Shown piece by piece: positions 12,444 to 26,379 of a stretch of DNA of 64,000 bases. The notes under the pieces were generated by a model. The model was given only the letters and a program-made list of their open reading frames with translations. It was not told where the DNA came from and searched no databases. The position numbers and the translations under genes are program-made. Every line of letters starts with the position of its first letter. Position 1 is the first letter of the stretch. Source of the DNA: Felis catus (Eukaryota); contig NC_058382.1 of NCBI RefSeq assembly GCF_018350175.1, positions 55,056,001-55,120,000 on the forward strand. Direction: 5' to 3'.

Positions 12444-13961
12444 TGAAGAGAGAGATGCAGGTTTGGGCATCAGGACAGAGAGGGTGAAACCCACACCCCA
12501 CCGTCTCTTACCTGTGCTCCTGAGTCAGCTGCCGCACCGCGTGAGACTCCGGTAGCTCATCTGTGGACAGGAGAGCAGGAAAAGCATCGTAAGAAGAGGG
12601 ATGTGGGATGAGGGTTACAGAGAGCACTCGCACTGCCTGAGGCATAGTGAGCTGTCATTGTCAGTCGGAAGGAAAGACCAAAGCCACGTTTCCATCTACC
12701 CTGGGCGGAAAAATTATTGATGTTTAATCATCTGCCATAAATGGGCTGCTTAGACTCCACCAATGTCCAAAAAAGAAAAAGCCTCTGGATTCCAAAAGAC
12801 ATCCTTCCACCTTCCGTGTGTTCCTGGATTCTAAGCCCGAGGGCCTTGCTGTCTCCATGGGAACCCGGGGACTTGAGGAGGCAGACGTCGCCCCGGCCGG
12901 GTTCCAAGGCTACCTTCACCCTTTGGGCAAATCCACGGCCCAATGGCTTTTCTTTTGTTTCAGCTGCTTGTAAATGCCAGATACCCTGATGCTCCTTAAA
13001 CGTGATGCCAGGTGGTGCGCATGGTGGGGCTGTTTCTAGAACCCAACAGCCGTCCATCTTGCCAGTTCACTGTCCGGTGAGACGGCATGTTACCAGGGGC
13101 CAAACGCGGCCCTATTAGGAAATCTGAACCGACACCAGGGAGAACCCATTCCACCAAGAACAAACAGATGAAACCGAACACAACACAAAACTAGGAAAGA
13201 AGACGGTCGTTCGACCGTTTCTGGTTTCTCCCGTGATTTCTCATTTATCGCGTGATCATTCCTTCCCTCGTTCGCATACGCACAGGATGGTGGTAACAGG
13301 TACCAGCTGGGTAAGAAGATCCCGCATTGGGGAGGGAAAAAACCCTAAACTTTAAACAAGCTTAACGCCTTCCACTTAATATTATTTTCGCAAGTTAATC
13401 GCTGGCGTTTGAATTTTAGCGAAACCACGTTTGGCCAGCTCATGGAAGACCATTCTTCCCTGGGAACCTAGCTGGAAAGCTGCTGTGATAATACGTACGT
13501 GCCGCTCTTATGCCTGGTGCACAGTCAAGATTCCAAAGTCTGTTTCTTGATGTGTTTACTGTGAACCTGCCTCCTGGCTCCCCGGTGGCATCTACATGAG
13601 CAGCACCAAGCGTGCGGTTAGGTCTGTCTGTATACCCTCTCACTGAAGCCCACAGAGGATCCCTATTTATGGGAGAAGAAACCGAGCCTCACCGAGGAGC
13701 CAAGGTCGCGTAACTCACGAGGGGTGAAACCAGGACTGGAAACGCAGTCCCCCCGCCCCAAAGCCGTGCTTTCCTCCCTTCCCGACCAATCCTGTGAGGG
13801 GCTTCTGATCTGTTTAATTAAGCAAAGTGACCATTGCTCGCTGAGACGCTGAAAGCGTTTTTCACCGGTTGGACCTTTGAGATGTAAATGTTCCGTTTTA
13901 TTAATGTCAGTGTTTCTGTTTTGTTTTGTCTCCCTCCTGCGCTCTCCATTCAATCCCTCAG

Positions 13962-14003
13962 AACACGAACTTGACTACCCAGGAGCATGAGAACATCATT
14001 GTG
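13962..14003 (+). CDS. CMIP: CMIP exon 5 (NTNLTTQEHENIIV), 42 nt, phase 0-0
   Basis: ccctcag| acceptor, GTG|gtaagt donor; peptide continues CMIP. Confidence 0.95.
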
Positions 14004-14791
14004 GTAAGTCTCTCCGGACCCTTCTCCCTCTGTCCACCTCTTGGGGCCCACAGTCCTTCCCCCGCCGCTCCGATCTGAGTGCCTTCTCGGAAGCACGTGT
14101 GATCCACCAGCATGGCGACCTTACTCAGTTTTGTCTTTTCTATCAAGCCAGACGAGTCTGCTTCCTGCCTTTGCACGTTTCAGAGCCCCAATTGATTGGG
14201 AAGGGGGATGTAATTATCAGTCGTTGAGGTTTGTAGCAAATGTGTCTTAATCGCCTCCTCCTTCCCGAGTGTGCCGCAGGGAGTTGAAGGCAGGAGATGG
14301 CAGACAGTGTATAATGTATTCAGAGGCATAACCCTATTAGCTGAAAGGTAAGCATTCTCTTTCTTGCCCCAGGACAGATCTCCTAATTAATCCACAAATA
14401 GAACCTGGATTTAATTCCCTCTGATACGCAAAGTGGGGTAATATTTTCTGGGACTTGACTGTGATGTAAGCATCTTTGGCGTAAAATCTCTTCCTGGGTG
14501 ATTTTAAGCTATGAAGTGTGACTCTCACTAGAGAGAAGAGAGAAATGAGGTTGCACCTGCCGGATGCCAAGCACCGATCTGTGTATTTGAATCTGTGCAT
14601 AACTAAGACCGTTCCTGTTCCCGAGACATTCATCGTCTGTTGTAGGAAGACACGTAGATCACTGCACAAATAGAGGCTTGTAGTATAGAGAGTGGAGTGA
14701 TAAACTCACCCGGCAGAGAAGCCACTGTGCTTCTTGGAGACAGCGATGTCTGAGTTGGGTTTTGAGGGATCAGTAGGAGCTTGCCAGATGA

Positions 14792-15029
14792 GGGGCTCCT
14801 GGGTGGCTCGTTCGGTTAAGCATCTGACTCTTGATTTCGGCTCCGGTCATGATGTCACAGTTGTGGGACTGGGCCCCACATCAGGCTCTGTGCTGAGCGT
14901 GAAGCCTGCTTCAGATCCTCTCTCTCCCTCTCTCTCTCTGCCCCTCCCGTGCTCACATGTGTGATGACCGTCCACTCAGCCTCTGTCAAAATAAGTAAAC
15001 TTAGTAATAATACGTTAAAAAAAAAAAAA
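14792..15029 (+). mobile_element. Can-SINE inserted in an L2-like remnant
   Basis: ggggctcctgggtggctc head, poly-A tail, imperfect TSD ttgccag(a/g)tg. Confidence 0.88.
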
Positions 15030-16644
15030 GTTTGCCAGGTGGCAAGACAGAGTAAAGGCCTTCCCGAGAGAGAAAATAAAATGTGCACAGAGACGTAAAA
15101 CAACATGCTCTATTCTGGAAACATCAGCATTGCTGGAGCATACAGCATAAGGAAGTAGGGAAGCGGAACTTGAAGCGGAAGTGGGAGGCCAAGCTTGGTG
15201 TGCACAGAAAGGACATTCGCCTGGGCCCGAGGTCCGGTGGCTGCAGCCTTTGAAACAAGGACAGCATGCCAGACTCCGTGCCCCTCTGAATTATGGTTTC
15301 ATGGGCCCTCCCCCTTGGCGCTGGCAGGCCCAGCCTGGAGAATCCCCTTCCTCACTCCAGCTGGGTCTTGTGGGCACCCGAAGAGGTGAGGCCTAGACCG
15401 TTTATTGTGGAGAATAAAGGCAGCAGCTTCTGGGACACTCAGTGGGTATTTGCTAAAAATGTAGAGGTTTTTTTTTTTATTTTCCTGCGCTCCACCCTGA
15501 CCACTCATTGCCTTCTCTCGCCAGAACTGGGGGGATGTCGACCTGGGCACCCCCCGTCCCCTACCACCACCTTTCTCTGGCATATTATTAACTAATAAAC
15601 TCGTTGAAAAAACACTTGTCAACATGTAAGTGCAAGTATGTGCCGAAAACTCTGTGCCACAGGCTCAGTGCCACCATTGAGGGATTTATTGTGTGCTGGG
15701 AGAACCCGGCAGGTCAACAGACAATCAAGAAATAACACGGTCGGGGGTTGAGATTTGTTTGGAGTGTTAGTGGGGCACAGAGGGCAGGCACCTGACATCC
15801 TCTGCCAGTGAGGGTACTGGGAGGAGGATGACGGAGGGCTTCTAGGAGGAGGTGAGCAAACCGGATATTAAAGGATGGGTAGGCAGTCCAGGCAGAGGGC
15901 CAAGCATGAGAAAGGCAGAGCAGCGAGGCGCTGGCTGGAGGAGAAGCAGGCAGGGACCTGGGCGCCGGGGAAGGAGCCGGTGTCTTCCTCTCCCTGCTGG
16001 CGATAACTATGGGTCCCACTATGTACTTCAGCCCTGGAAGAAGGGTGAGGGCTTTGGACCGGGGACGAGCCTGGGAAAAGAATTTTGATCTGAGAGATGC
16101 AGGCTGCTGTTACCCAGCTAATTTGGCCGGGCTGACCCCTTAATTGGGCTGGGCTAAGCTCCCCTGCTCAGCAGGCATGCCTGAGAACAGAGGAGAATGT
16201 GATCTGCGGTCTGACCCCCAGCCCTGCGTTTTACAGCCTGCCTCGCAGTGTTCTTTGTCACCAGCGCCCTTATCGTTATTGGGAAGTCTCCTTTCGTTCC
16301 AGAGATTACGTTATCTGATTTGACCCGTGGGCAATTAGTTTTCTCCCACTGGGGCTTGGTATTTTTTTATGTAATCGTTTTCATAAACACTCTCACGAGT
16401 AACTTGAGTTGGTCTTACTCAGTCCATCTGGGGTCAGGCATCTGTGCAGTAGGTAGGTGTTGACTAGAGCTGGCACGTCACTGGACGCGCGTCGACCCAC
16501 AGTCCGAACCGCAACTGGGGTCCCACATGCTAGTGAGGAGTGGAGGCTTGGAGCTGAATGTGAGCTCACGCTCAGAGCTGGTGCCGACCCTGGGCCCGCC
16601 CCATACGAGCTGTGACCTTGGGCAAGTAATGGGAGGACTTCTAC

Positions 16645-16716
16645 TTTTATTTTATTTTATTTTATTTTATTTTATTTTATTTTATTTTATTTTATTTTAT
16701 TTTTATTTTATTTTAT
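16645..16716. repeat. (TTTTA)n microsatellite
   Basis: Read directly from the sequence. Confidence 0.95.
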
Positions 16717-16930
16717 GGGGAGCCTGGGTGGCTCAGTCGGTGAAGCGTCTGACTTTGGCTCAGTGCATGATCTCACAGTTCGTGAGTTCGAGCCCTGCGT
16801 CGGGCTCTGGGCTGACAGCTCGGAGCCTGGAGCCTGCTTCAGATTCTGTGTTTCCCCCTCTCTCTCTCTCTGACCCTCTCCTGCTCACACTCTGTCTCTC
16901 TCTCTCTCTCTCAAAAGTAAACATTAAAAA
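16717..16930 (+). mobile_element. Can-SINE (+), left arm of an inverted pair
   Basis: SINE head, (CT)n, A-rich tail. Confidence 0.92.
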
Positions 16931-16959
16931 ACTTATTTTCTTTTATTTTAAATATTGTT

Positions 16960-17179
16960 ATTTTTTTATTTTTCTTTGACATTTATTCATTTTTGAGAGA
17001 CAGAGACAGAGCATGAGTGGGGAGGGGCGGAGAGAGAGAGGGAGGCACGGAATCCGAAGCAGGCTGCAGGCTCTGAGCTGTCAGCCCAGAGCCCGATGCG
17101 GGGCTCGAAGCCATAAACTGTGAGATCGTGACTGGAGCCAAAGTCGGACGCTTCACCAGCTGAGCCACCCAGGCGCCCC
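16960..17179 (-). mobile_element. Can-SINE (-), right arm of an inverted pair
   Basis: T-rich tail, (GA)n, ends gagccacccaggcgcccc. Confidence 0.92.
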
Positions 17180-17419
17180 TAAAATATTATTTAAAAATAC
17201 TTTTGCAAATATTCCATGAGTAAAATTTCATTAAAAAAAGAAGAAGCAAGGAAAGGATTTCGCTCCATCCCAGTGTCCTCTTCAGAGACGGCACCTGGGA
17301 CTTTCGGTGACAGCAAACCCACACAGACAGACAGGGTTGTGGTTTTGTGTGTTCAGCATTAATGATGTGATGCTACACGTGTTGTCTCAGAGATGCTTTT
17401 GAGTCCTTTCATGCTTCTC

Positions 17420-17610
17420 TGCCACAAGGTCTCTGGCCTCAGTATTAGTGAAAGTTGGGGACGGATCTTTCCTTGTGAGGTACCTGTCCTCCGTGGCCTC
17501 AACCCACTAGATGCCCGTAGCCCTTCCCGGTCGTGATGATCAAAAATGTGTCTCCGGACATGCCAACATCCCTTGGGAGGCAGAGTCAACCCTGGTTGAG
17601 AACCCCTGGC
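17420..17610 (-). mobile_element. MER20 (hAT-Charlie)
   Basis: cccactagatgcc...aaaaatgtgtctcc...ctggttgagaacccctg. Confidence 0.7.
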
Positions 17611-17684
17611 CCACCCAGTCCTTTCTTTCTACTGGCTCTAGAATATTTTTATTTAACCAGATGGCCATTCAGATCACTCTCAGC

Positions 17685-18010
17685 TAACTTGACATAGTAA
17701 GCCTCAGTCTCCTCATCTGTGAAATGGGTATGGCAACAATGCCTTTCTTACAGGGCTGCCGGGAAGGGTCAGTGAGCTAATGTACCTGACATGCTCAGCA
17801 GAGGACTAGGCTTATAGAAAGAGTCCACAGAAATCTAAGCACTTTTGATTAATCATACCTTTTGAAATGATCGTAACTCTGTGACCAGGGCAGGCCTTGT
17901 AGCCTCCCTGACCCTCTGTCTCTTCATCTGTACAAAAGGAAATAACTCCCGCTTGACCTCACAGAGTTGTCATGAGGATCGAATGAGGGAATAGCCGTGG
18001 AGGCACAGAG
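17685..18010 (+). mobile_element. Two MIR fragments
   Basis: gcctcagtctcctcatctgtgaaatggg and ctctgtctcttcatctgtacaaaagg MIR cores. Confidence 0.65.
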
Positions 18011-18727
18011 CCCACACCTCACGCCCACTCTGGGCACTTAAATCCTTTCCTCTCCTTCATTCCTTGACTCGTTCCCGAGAAAGAGGGGCCCGGCACGATT
18101 GAAGCGCTTCAGCCTTGCCTGTGGTACCTCCTCCCGGAGCTGGTCCAAGAGCGGGGTGTGGGGAGCAGGGGCATCCGGGGGGCGTGGGGGCAGGCACAGG
18201 AGAGCCCCCACACAGCGGGCTGAGCACTGAACTTCTGGAAATGAGAGCAGAGCCAGAACCATGGGCTGAGATCACGCTGGGGGTTGCGTTGTCTTTCGCT
18301 GCCCCGTTTCTCCTTCAGTGTGATTCCTGTCACCAGACAGGGCTGTTTATTCCCGGTCGTGTGGAGGGCCGGGACTGAGAAGTCGCGTGGTGAATAGCTT
18401 AGCCTCCTGAGTCACCAACATGGGTTCATCCTCTGGCTCCACCGTGTTCTGACTGTGCCACCTCGGGCAGCAGACTCAATCTCTGGGGAAAAAGGCAAGA
18501 CCCACACCCATCTCCCAGCACACGGTGAAGATCGCCAGGGGCATGGTCAGCACAGAGCCCAGCACGGGGGGGGGTACCCAGAACGGCACCTGCTGCTGTG
18601 GGTGTTACTGTTGGTCTGCGACCGTTGTCGGTCGGTGGTTTGTGTCCGTGTGGCTGGGGTGGGGGAGACCGTGACAGGATGGCGGGCTCGGCCTCGCGGT
18701 CAGTGAGGTGCCCACCTACCCTGCCCC

Positions 18728-18922
18728 ACACTGCCCGGGAGAACTTTCTGCCCCGTTGGAGGTATTCACTGGCTTCGTGTGACTACTGAGCCCTTGAAAC
18801 GTGGTTCACGCAACTGGGGAACTACATTTTTTATTTTATTTCACTTAAAATCATTAATTTTATGTCAGTTAAAGTCTGAGTGGTCACATGTGGCTAGTGG
18901 CTACTGTGTTAGACCGTGCGGC
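18728..18922 (+). mobile_element. MER3 fragment
   Basis: agaactttctg...ggtcacatgtggctagtggctactgtgttagac. Confidence 0.7.
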
Positions 18923-19939
18923 CCTAGGCAGATAAGACCCGGGGCCTAATCACCAGCTGTTTGCCAACCTGGCTCGTGGTGCCATCAAGGAGAACCTCAG
19001 TGTCAGTGACTTACCCGTTCACAGAGGCGCGTTCACGTAGCTGGCCGAGTAACTGCCATCTTTTATTGGCCTCCAGTTACACTGCCTCTCCCTGATGGTC
19101 CCAGGCCAAGCGGAAGACCTTGCTGACAGGTCCCTCCGCATGTCCAGAGGCGCTGCTGCAGGGAGCAGATCAAGGAGACCCTGTGAACCCAAGCAGGCGG
19201 GGTCGGAGCTGTGGGAGTCGGTGACGGGGAGAGCGTGTCCTCACAGAGCCCTCCTGGGAGTCGGGCCGGATCGCTCCACCCCCCCTTGCCGCTGTGTCCA
19301 ATGCAGCCCAAGACAGCCCCCCAGTGATGGTGGCCATGGCCTGCTGTGTTCCAGGCCATTGGGCTTATCCTGAGGCCGAGACTCCAAAGCTTCTAGAGTT
19401 TTCTCTCATCAGATCTGCCCAACAACCCAGTGAATAGGTAACTCTAGTTCTCCCCATTTACAGGCCCGAAGAGGTCGAGTTGCCCACTTAGGGTCACACG
19501 GCCTCGTAGTCTTGGTTCTGGGTCCTGGGTCCCCTGTTTCCTAATCTTGTGCCCAGTGTGGCAAATAAGAAGATGAGTGGACCTCACATAGACGTTAACC
19601 TTCCAGTAACTAACATTTATGGAGACCTGGCCTTATTTCAGACTCCGTGAGAGGTATTATAACAGGGGCTCCTTAACTGGGGACTCTTTTGTCTCCTGTG
19701 GGGCATTTGGCAGTGTCTGGACACATTTCTTCCCGTGGTTCAAATATCTTATTTGAGGTTTAGCAAAATCATTAAAACAGAAATTATGAAAAAAATAAAG
19801 AATAAAAATTAAAAACACAAATTATGAAAGGGGAAGAAAAATCACGAATCACACACCCTTCAGGCCATGGGAACCTTGTCCAGGAATGGCAGTGGGAACC
19901 GGTAAGAATTGGACAGCTTGCCTAAGAAGGCCTGGGGGA

Positions 19940-20165
19940 GGGGTGCGCCTGGGCGGGTCAGCCGGTTAAGTGTCCGAGTTCGGCTCTGGTCATGAGGTCA
20001 TGATCTCATGGTGCGTGGGTTAGAGCCCCGCATCGGGCTCTGTGCTGATGGCTCAGAGCCTGGAGCCTGCTTCAGATTCTGTGTCTCCCTCGCTCTCTGC
20101 CCCTCCCCTTCTCGTGCTCTGTCTCTCTCTCTCTCAAAAATGAATAAATGTTAAAAAAAAAAAAA
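19940..20165 (+). mobile_element. Can-SINE with small internal duplication (ggtcatga x2)
   Basis: SINE body and poly-A tail. Confidence 0.9.
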
Positions 20166-20756
20166 TTTTTTTTAAGACTTGGTGGGAAATGAACTCAAGG
20201 GGCATGAGATATTCAAACTCCCTTAATATAAAACCGAACTGTGCCCGGAGACTTTTACCGTCACAGCTGGCTGAGGGTTGCTCCTGGCATCTAGCGGGTT
20301 GAGCACAAGGATGCTGCAGAATGTCCTGCAAAGGGCGGGGACGACCAGCCCCAGATGACAGTTATCAGCACCTCCCGCCCGCTTTCCCAGTGACTCTCTC
20401 TGCTCCGCTTTCCAGGCGGGAACTCGGGCGTTAAAAGAGACAAAATAGCTTGTTCGAACAGTTACAGAGCCACAAGTACCACAACTAGAACTGCACCCAG
20501 GACTCTGCCCCCAGGGCCTGGGCTCTTAACCGCTCGAGGGTCCTGCCCCGTAGGCGGGGACTGTTGATCTGAGGGGGACGTGCATGGACGTCAGCAGGTC
20601 ACCAAACCCCTAAAGCTACCTGCGTCATCGTAGGTGTGTATTTTTCCGAGGCGGGGGGTCAGCCCAGAGCTTTTATCAGTTTCTCAGTGGGTGCCGTGAG
20701 CCCCCCCACCCCCGCGCCCCCGCCAGGTAGGAGTTCCTCCTAGAGATTCCAACTGA

Positions 20757-20852
<96 letters not shown>

Positions 20853-23169
20853 TGAAGGAGGGCTGCGTTTGCAGGAGGCAGCCTGCCTCCGAGTGCGTGC
20901 TGGGGTCGGCTTGGTGCAATTTGCTGAAAACCCAGGCTTGCCCGACCTGGGTCAGGGCCCCACGTGGACCCAGAAGGCGGGCCAGGCAACCTTCTCTCAG
21001 AGTTACAGCTCTCTCTCTCTGCCACACAGGTGATCAGGAAGGCCCAGAGTCCAAACCGGTGGGTCGGGGAGGAGCGTCCGGCTTTTCTCTGGACTATCTT
21101 TGTAGCTGTCTTGGGAGAAATGTGTAGCGGGTTTTCTGGGTTCCTGACGTCAGAGCTGGTTTATTATTAGCCCTGGCTCCTCTGAGCACCGGCTGGCCCA
21201 CAGTGGGGCACAGCCACGGGGCTTTTCCTGAACAGGGAAAGCAGGCAGGGGAACGCCAGGTTAGCTGGGGGGAGCCACAGAGCGGGACATCCACTCCCGC
21301 GGACCCAGTGCTGGGGTCGCAGTGGGATTTACACGGAACACGCCCAGGGCATGTCGGGGACCAATCATCCGTCACTCTGAAAGCACACTTCAGTAGTCCG
21401 GGGACTGAACCAGCATGCAATCCTGTTTTGTTCTTTGCTGTATGATTTTTTTTTTTTTTTTTATGTAACGAGTTGATGTCTTTGGAGAGATGCAGGGCCT
21501 AGGTTTGCTGCTTCCCCGGCGCTCCCCGGTCTTGCACCTGCTGACTCACCCTCCTCATGCTCCCTCCCTCCCTTGCTTCTTCCACAGCCGCATGGTGTCC
21601 TCAGGGGGCGTGGACTGTGTCCACCAGTGAGCCGAGCACGCGGCATGGCCAAGCGGGCACCTGGGAGGCTCAGTGGTTTCTGGAGGGAAGGGGATGGAAA
21701 ACACACTCTCTCTGTGTGCTTGAGAGAGACGGGATTGCCTTATCCTCTCTGGCCTCATCTCTCCGTCAGGAGACCTTTCCCAGCAACCCACAGAGCAGGG
21801 GGTGGACCCAGCCTGCTGGCCTGCAGTGCCCGGGGCGCGTTCTCAATGCGCGTGTGTGGGCATGTGGCAGGGTGTGCCCTCCGGGCCCAGCGGGTGAGCA
21901 CCTGTGCGTGTGTGCACACAAGCGTGTGCCGCACGGGCATCGGGCTCCTGTGCAAAATGGAGGCCCCCTCCTCCCCGGGGGCCATGGTGAGGCCGGAGAC
22001 AACTATCAGGACTTCTCTGCCCCCCAGTGCTTGAGGGCGACGTGCCCCAAGCAGGGTGGGGTCAGATGACCCAGTGTGTGGGCCCCCGAGGGGATGGTCA
22101 GCTGCTCCCTTACCCGTCTCAGCCGATCGTCTCTCTCACTAGTTTGTCCGATTTAATCCACATCTCTTTATTCTGCCCTCAGGCTGTACAGCTTCTCCCA
22201 GAGTTCATGGTTTTCAAACCACGGTGGTTCTAGAACACTGGACCTTCAAAGCAAATCATACCTGAGGGTTCCCGGGTAGCGCAGTTTGAAAAATAGTGAG
22301 GTGGAAGAAACCATTCTTTCTGGCATTTCCTGATAGAACTCCTACTGGTCCTATACAGAAGGCAGCCTGCCCTTCCAGGAGCCAGGGCTCCCAGCCCCTG
22401 GGGCCTGTGAGCCTTCAGGCTATTTTCCCTCTGGGGGGGGGGCCTCCAGCCTCAGTGCCTCTCCCACAGGAAGCCTTCCCAGAGAGGGGAACCTGAGGGG
22501 AACAAAGCCACCCCCACTGGGTCCACTCTGGGCCAGCTCACTGGACTTGCCCGGGCAGCCTCACCTACCAGACTTTGAAGTCAGGACCCCACGATCTGAG
22601 GAAAGTTTATTTATCTTGGGTTTCCCAGGAAAGCCCTGATTTCTCATATCCCAAACTCAGCACCTACAGGCCTGGGCAGGTTATAAATGTGTCGGGAGGG
22701 ATGGGGCCTGGTCTGTTCCACCTGAAGGTCTTCAGTTTTCATTTGAAACACAAAACACCACCGTGACGAAATTAAAACACATCTGAGAGGTGCATTTGGC
22801 CTCACACTGCTGCCAGCTTATTAAAGCCAACAACCGAAAAGCCACAGAGCTTTCAAGATTCTGGTGTCCAAACACTGAGACCCCTGGTGTTCTTGCCCCT
22901 GGGCTTCAAGACACTCCTCTGTCACACCATGCACTCTGAATCTTGGTGCTGTGAAAGTGGCACTGTATTAAATAAGGATTGTGTCCAGAGCTGACGCCTG
23001 TCTGTACTATCTAAAACAGCCTCGGATTTTAAGATCAAAACAAAAAGCAAACGAAAGATCCCTTCCTCTTTTTTTCTTACGGCAAAAAGAAAAAAAAAAA
23101 AGAGCAAAAGCCGTGCACCAGTATTGAGCAAGGGAATACAGGCATCAGTGCTGGGTTCCCTGCCCCTGA

Positions 23170-23553
<384 letters not shown>

Positions 23554-26379
23554 TAAAAATAACAAAAATAGTGCATCTGGGGAGAAGAGAGAAGTTTCCA
23601 TGTGTAGAATCAGAAATAAGGTCTACAGATGCTCGGCCCTCAAGAAGGGGAAGTGGAACCCCTCACTTCCTCAGTGGGGGCTGGGCTGTCCATAATGGTG
23701 TCCTTCCTGATGCACAGTGTGGAAGGGGGAGAAGGAGTGATTTTGTGATGGAGAAAGCGGACAGTCACAGCCGTGGCCAGGCAGTCAGGGTCATCAACAG
23801 CAGTGACAAGTCATGTGAGGGCGTGCACCCTTGCTGTGATGTGAGGGGAGGGGCACCGTGCTGAAGAGCAGCAGTGAAAAACGAGGGCCAGTGTCCAATG
23901 TGCCTTACCGAGCCAGCCCCCAGCCTGGACTCAGGTCCCCTGGGTGACGTGGAGGCATCTGTGTGCTGTGGCACTAAATCAGTTGCAGGGTACCCATGAC
24001 TCCTGCCCCCTGGCCTGTCAAGACTTAGCATGTGAAAACAACTGTGGAAAGGGGCAACCCACAGTTCACAAGTAGCCTTCCTGTCTCCACACCGTGTCCC
24101 TAACCCCAATCCGAATGGCAGCGTAGGGCACAGGTGCGGTTCCTCATCCCGCACCCGCGGCAGACATCATTAATCGATTACAGCACTCTTCCCGCAGAGC
24201 CCAGAGGTAGCTTCAGAATCTATCCCAATACAACATTCCAGGCAGACACTGGCAACTGAACTATGCTGGCACGGTGTGAATTCTGTTCACCATTTTCTGC
24301 CCTGAGCAATCACGTACCATAATTGAATTGTTGCTTATTTCTGAGATCCTCCTTGATTTGAGATAAATGCACTTCTAGTTTTCTGAACCCAAGGGAGAGA
24401 GATACTCCGTCCAGTTCTTTCTCCAGGACCAACAGAGAAATCTCCATGGTGGTGGGGGGCCAGGGGGAGCCTGGGTTTCTGCCCTGATTGGGGCTTTTAT
24501 GGTTTCAAGGGCACTCTCTCTAACTTCAAGCTTCTGAGAGGAAAGGGTTTCTGATTGTTAACTTTAAAATCACCGTGCATGTGGCGTGAGGTGAGGGTTG
24601 CACCCCTTCAGAATCCAGAGCAGAGGTTCTGGGGTTTCCTTTGCGAAGGACCTCTCTTTCACAACTTGTCACTGACAGCCAAACCCCCAGGGCATACTTG
24701 TCTGGGCCCATGCCTTCTCGGGACGTAAACATTTCTGCGTGTTCCACGGTAGTCCGTAGTCTGTTTAATAAGAGTTCTTATGGGACATCCGACTTCCAAG
24801 GGGAAAAAGTCAAAATTCAGGCAGCCTCCCACAGCTTAACCATACAACGTCTCCCTTATATTTGGTTAGTTATGGGCTTAGAGTGTTGACCATGTAATAA
24901 TTTTCTGGATAAGATTCAGAATAGCTCCAGGGCAAATCCAGAATTTATAGCATCTGTTGTGGCCTGGCAGAGATCAGGGACCTTCGGGCATGAATCCTCA
25001 CTTCAGTTTTTACAAACTCCCCAAGGGATCCTCGCGTCTGGGGATGCCATAAAGCTTTGCAGGCCCGCTCTGCGTTCTGCTCTCGGTATCTACTAATTAC
25101 ATGCTCTGAACTCTGTCAGAAGAGAACTATAGACAGGACAGAGGGGGGTTCTCTTTCTGCAGAAGAACAGATGTGTGGTGAACAGTGATCGTGGCTAATG
25201 CTAGGCATGGGAAGTATGGTGGGCCTTTCAGGCCCCTTTAATGCTCCCGGAAGCTGATTTACTAGCCATGGGCCAGATGCTCGGCTGGAGCTGGGGCTCT
25301 CGGCTGGTGTGGGGCGTCTCGTCGCTGGCCTGCCACCAGCCACGTGTCTGTCAGCATAGCATGAGCAGTGACTTCTCTTCACCCCATCAAGGAGGCATTT
25401 GAACACTGGGGAAATGGAGAAAACCATACACCGCAGAGGTGTTCTGGGATCTCGGGGCTTCCCTTATCCTCAGAGCACGTCTTCCACAGATATATCACGC
25501 GCCCCGTTTCATGGATGCGTAAATTGAATCTTAGAGAAGAGTCTTAGAGTGTTACTCACTGGACTGAGATAAAAATTAGATACAAATGGAAGCAGTCCTC
25601 TAGAATGTTCTCCTAGAGATTGTAAACCTGTTAAACTGTATCCTCAAGAATGAAGGTGGTCCCTGTGCCCACATGCCATTCGTTGGAGTGTTCTTGTGAC
25701 AAGGGAAGCAAGATGTGGCTGTGGTCCCTAGTGGACCCCTGAGTGACCAGACCAGATTCCAAGAGGAACATTTTTGGCTTTTCCGTAGAGGTAAAATGTC
25801 GTCACCCATATGTCGAAAGGCCATCAGACCCTTCTGTAAGGTTTATTTCCAAGAAAATGACCTTGACTGTCCAGACATCTACTCTCGAAGATAAGGACAG
25901 TTACCTTTAGCAGGGTTGGGTTGAAGCAGTGTTCCTAGACTCATAAGCCCTCAGAAGTGGAAGTGGGTGTAGAGATGGGTTATTACAACCCTCAGAGACG
26001 ATCACGTCCTGAGAGGGGTGGGTCGGTCAGCCCAAGGCCACACAGCTTTCCTGTCACCCTTTTCCAGGGCGTCAGGGGACTTTAGACGTCTTCCTCAATT
26101 TGGAAGCACGGTCAAGCTCCAGGCTTCTCTTCGCTCAGGGGCCTCATCTAGCCCGATGCCCTGTGTGTGTGTGTGTGTGCGCGCCTGTGTGTGTATGTGT
26201 TTGCACACGAGTGTGTATGTTCCTTCGGATCTTTCCCCGTGGTTCCTTCTGCCCTCCTCGTGTAAGGGCACACTCGTGGTAGGAGAATGGCAGAAGACGA
26301 ACCCCCGCATTGTCCTGAGGACCCTAATTCAGCCTCTTTACTCCAGGTGAAGACGCAGCTCTAGAAGCTTCCTCGTGTG

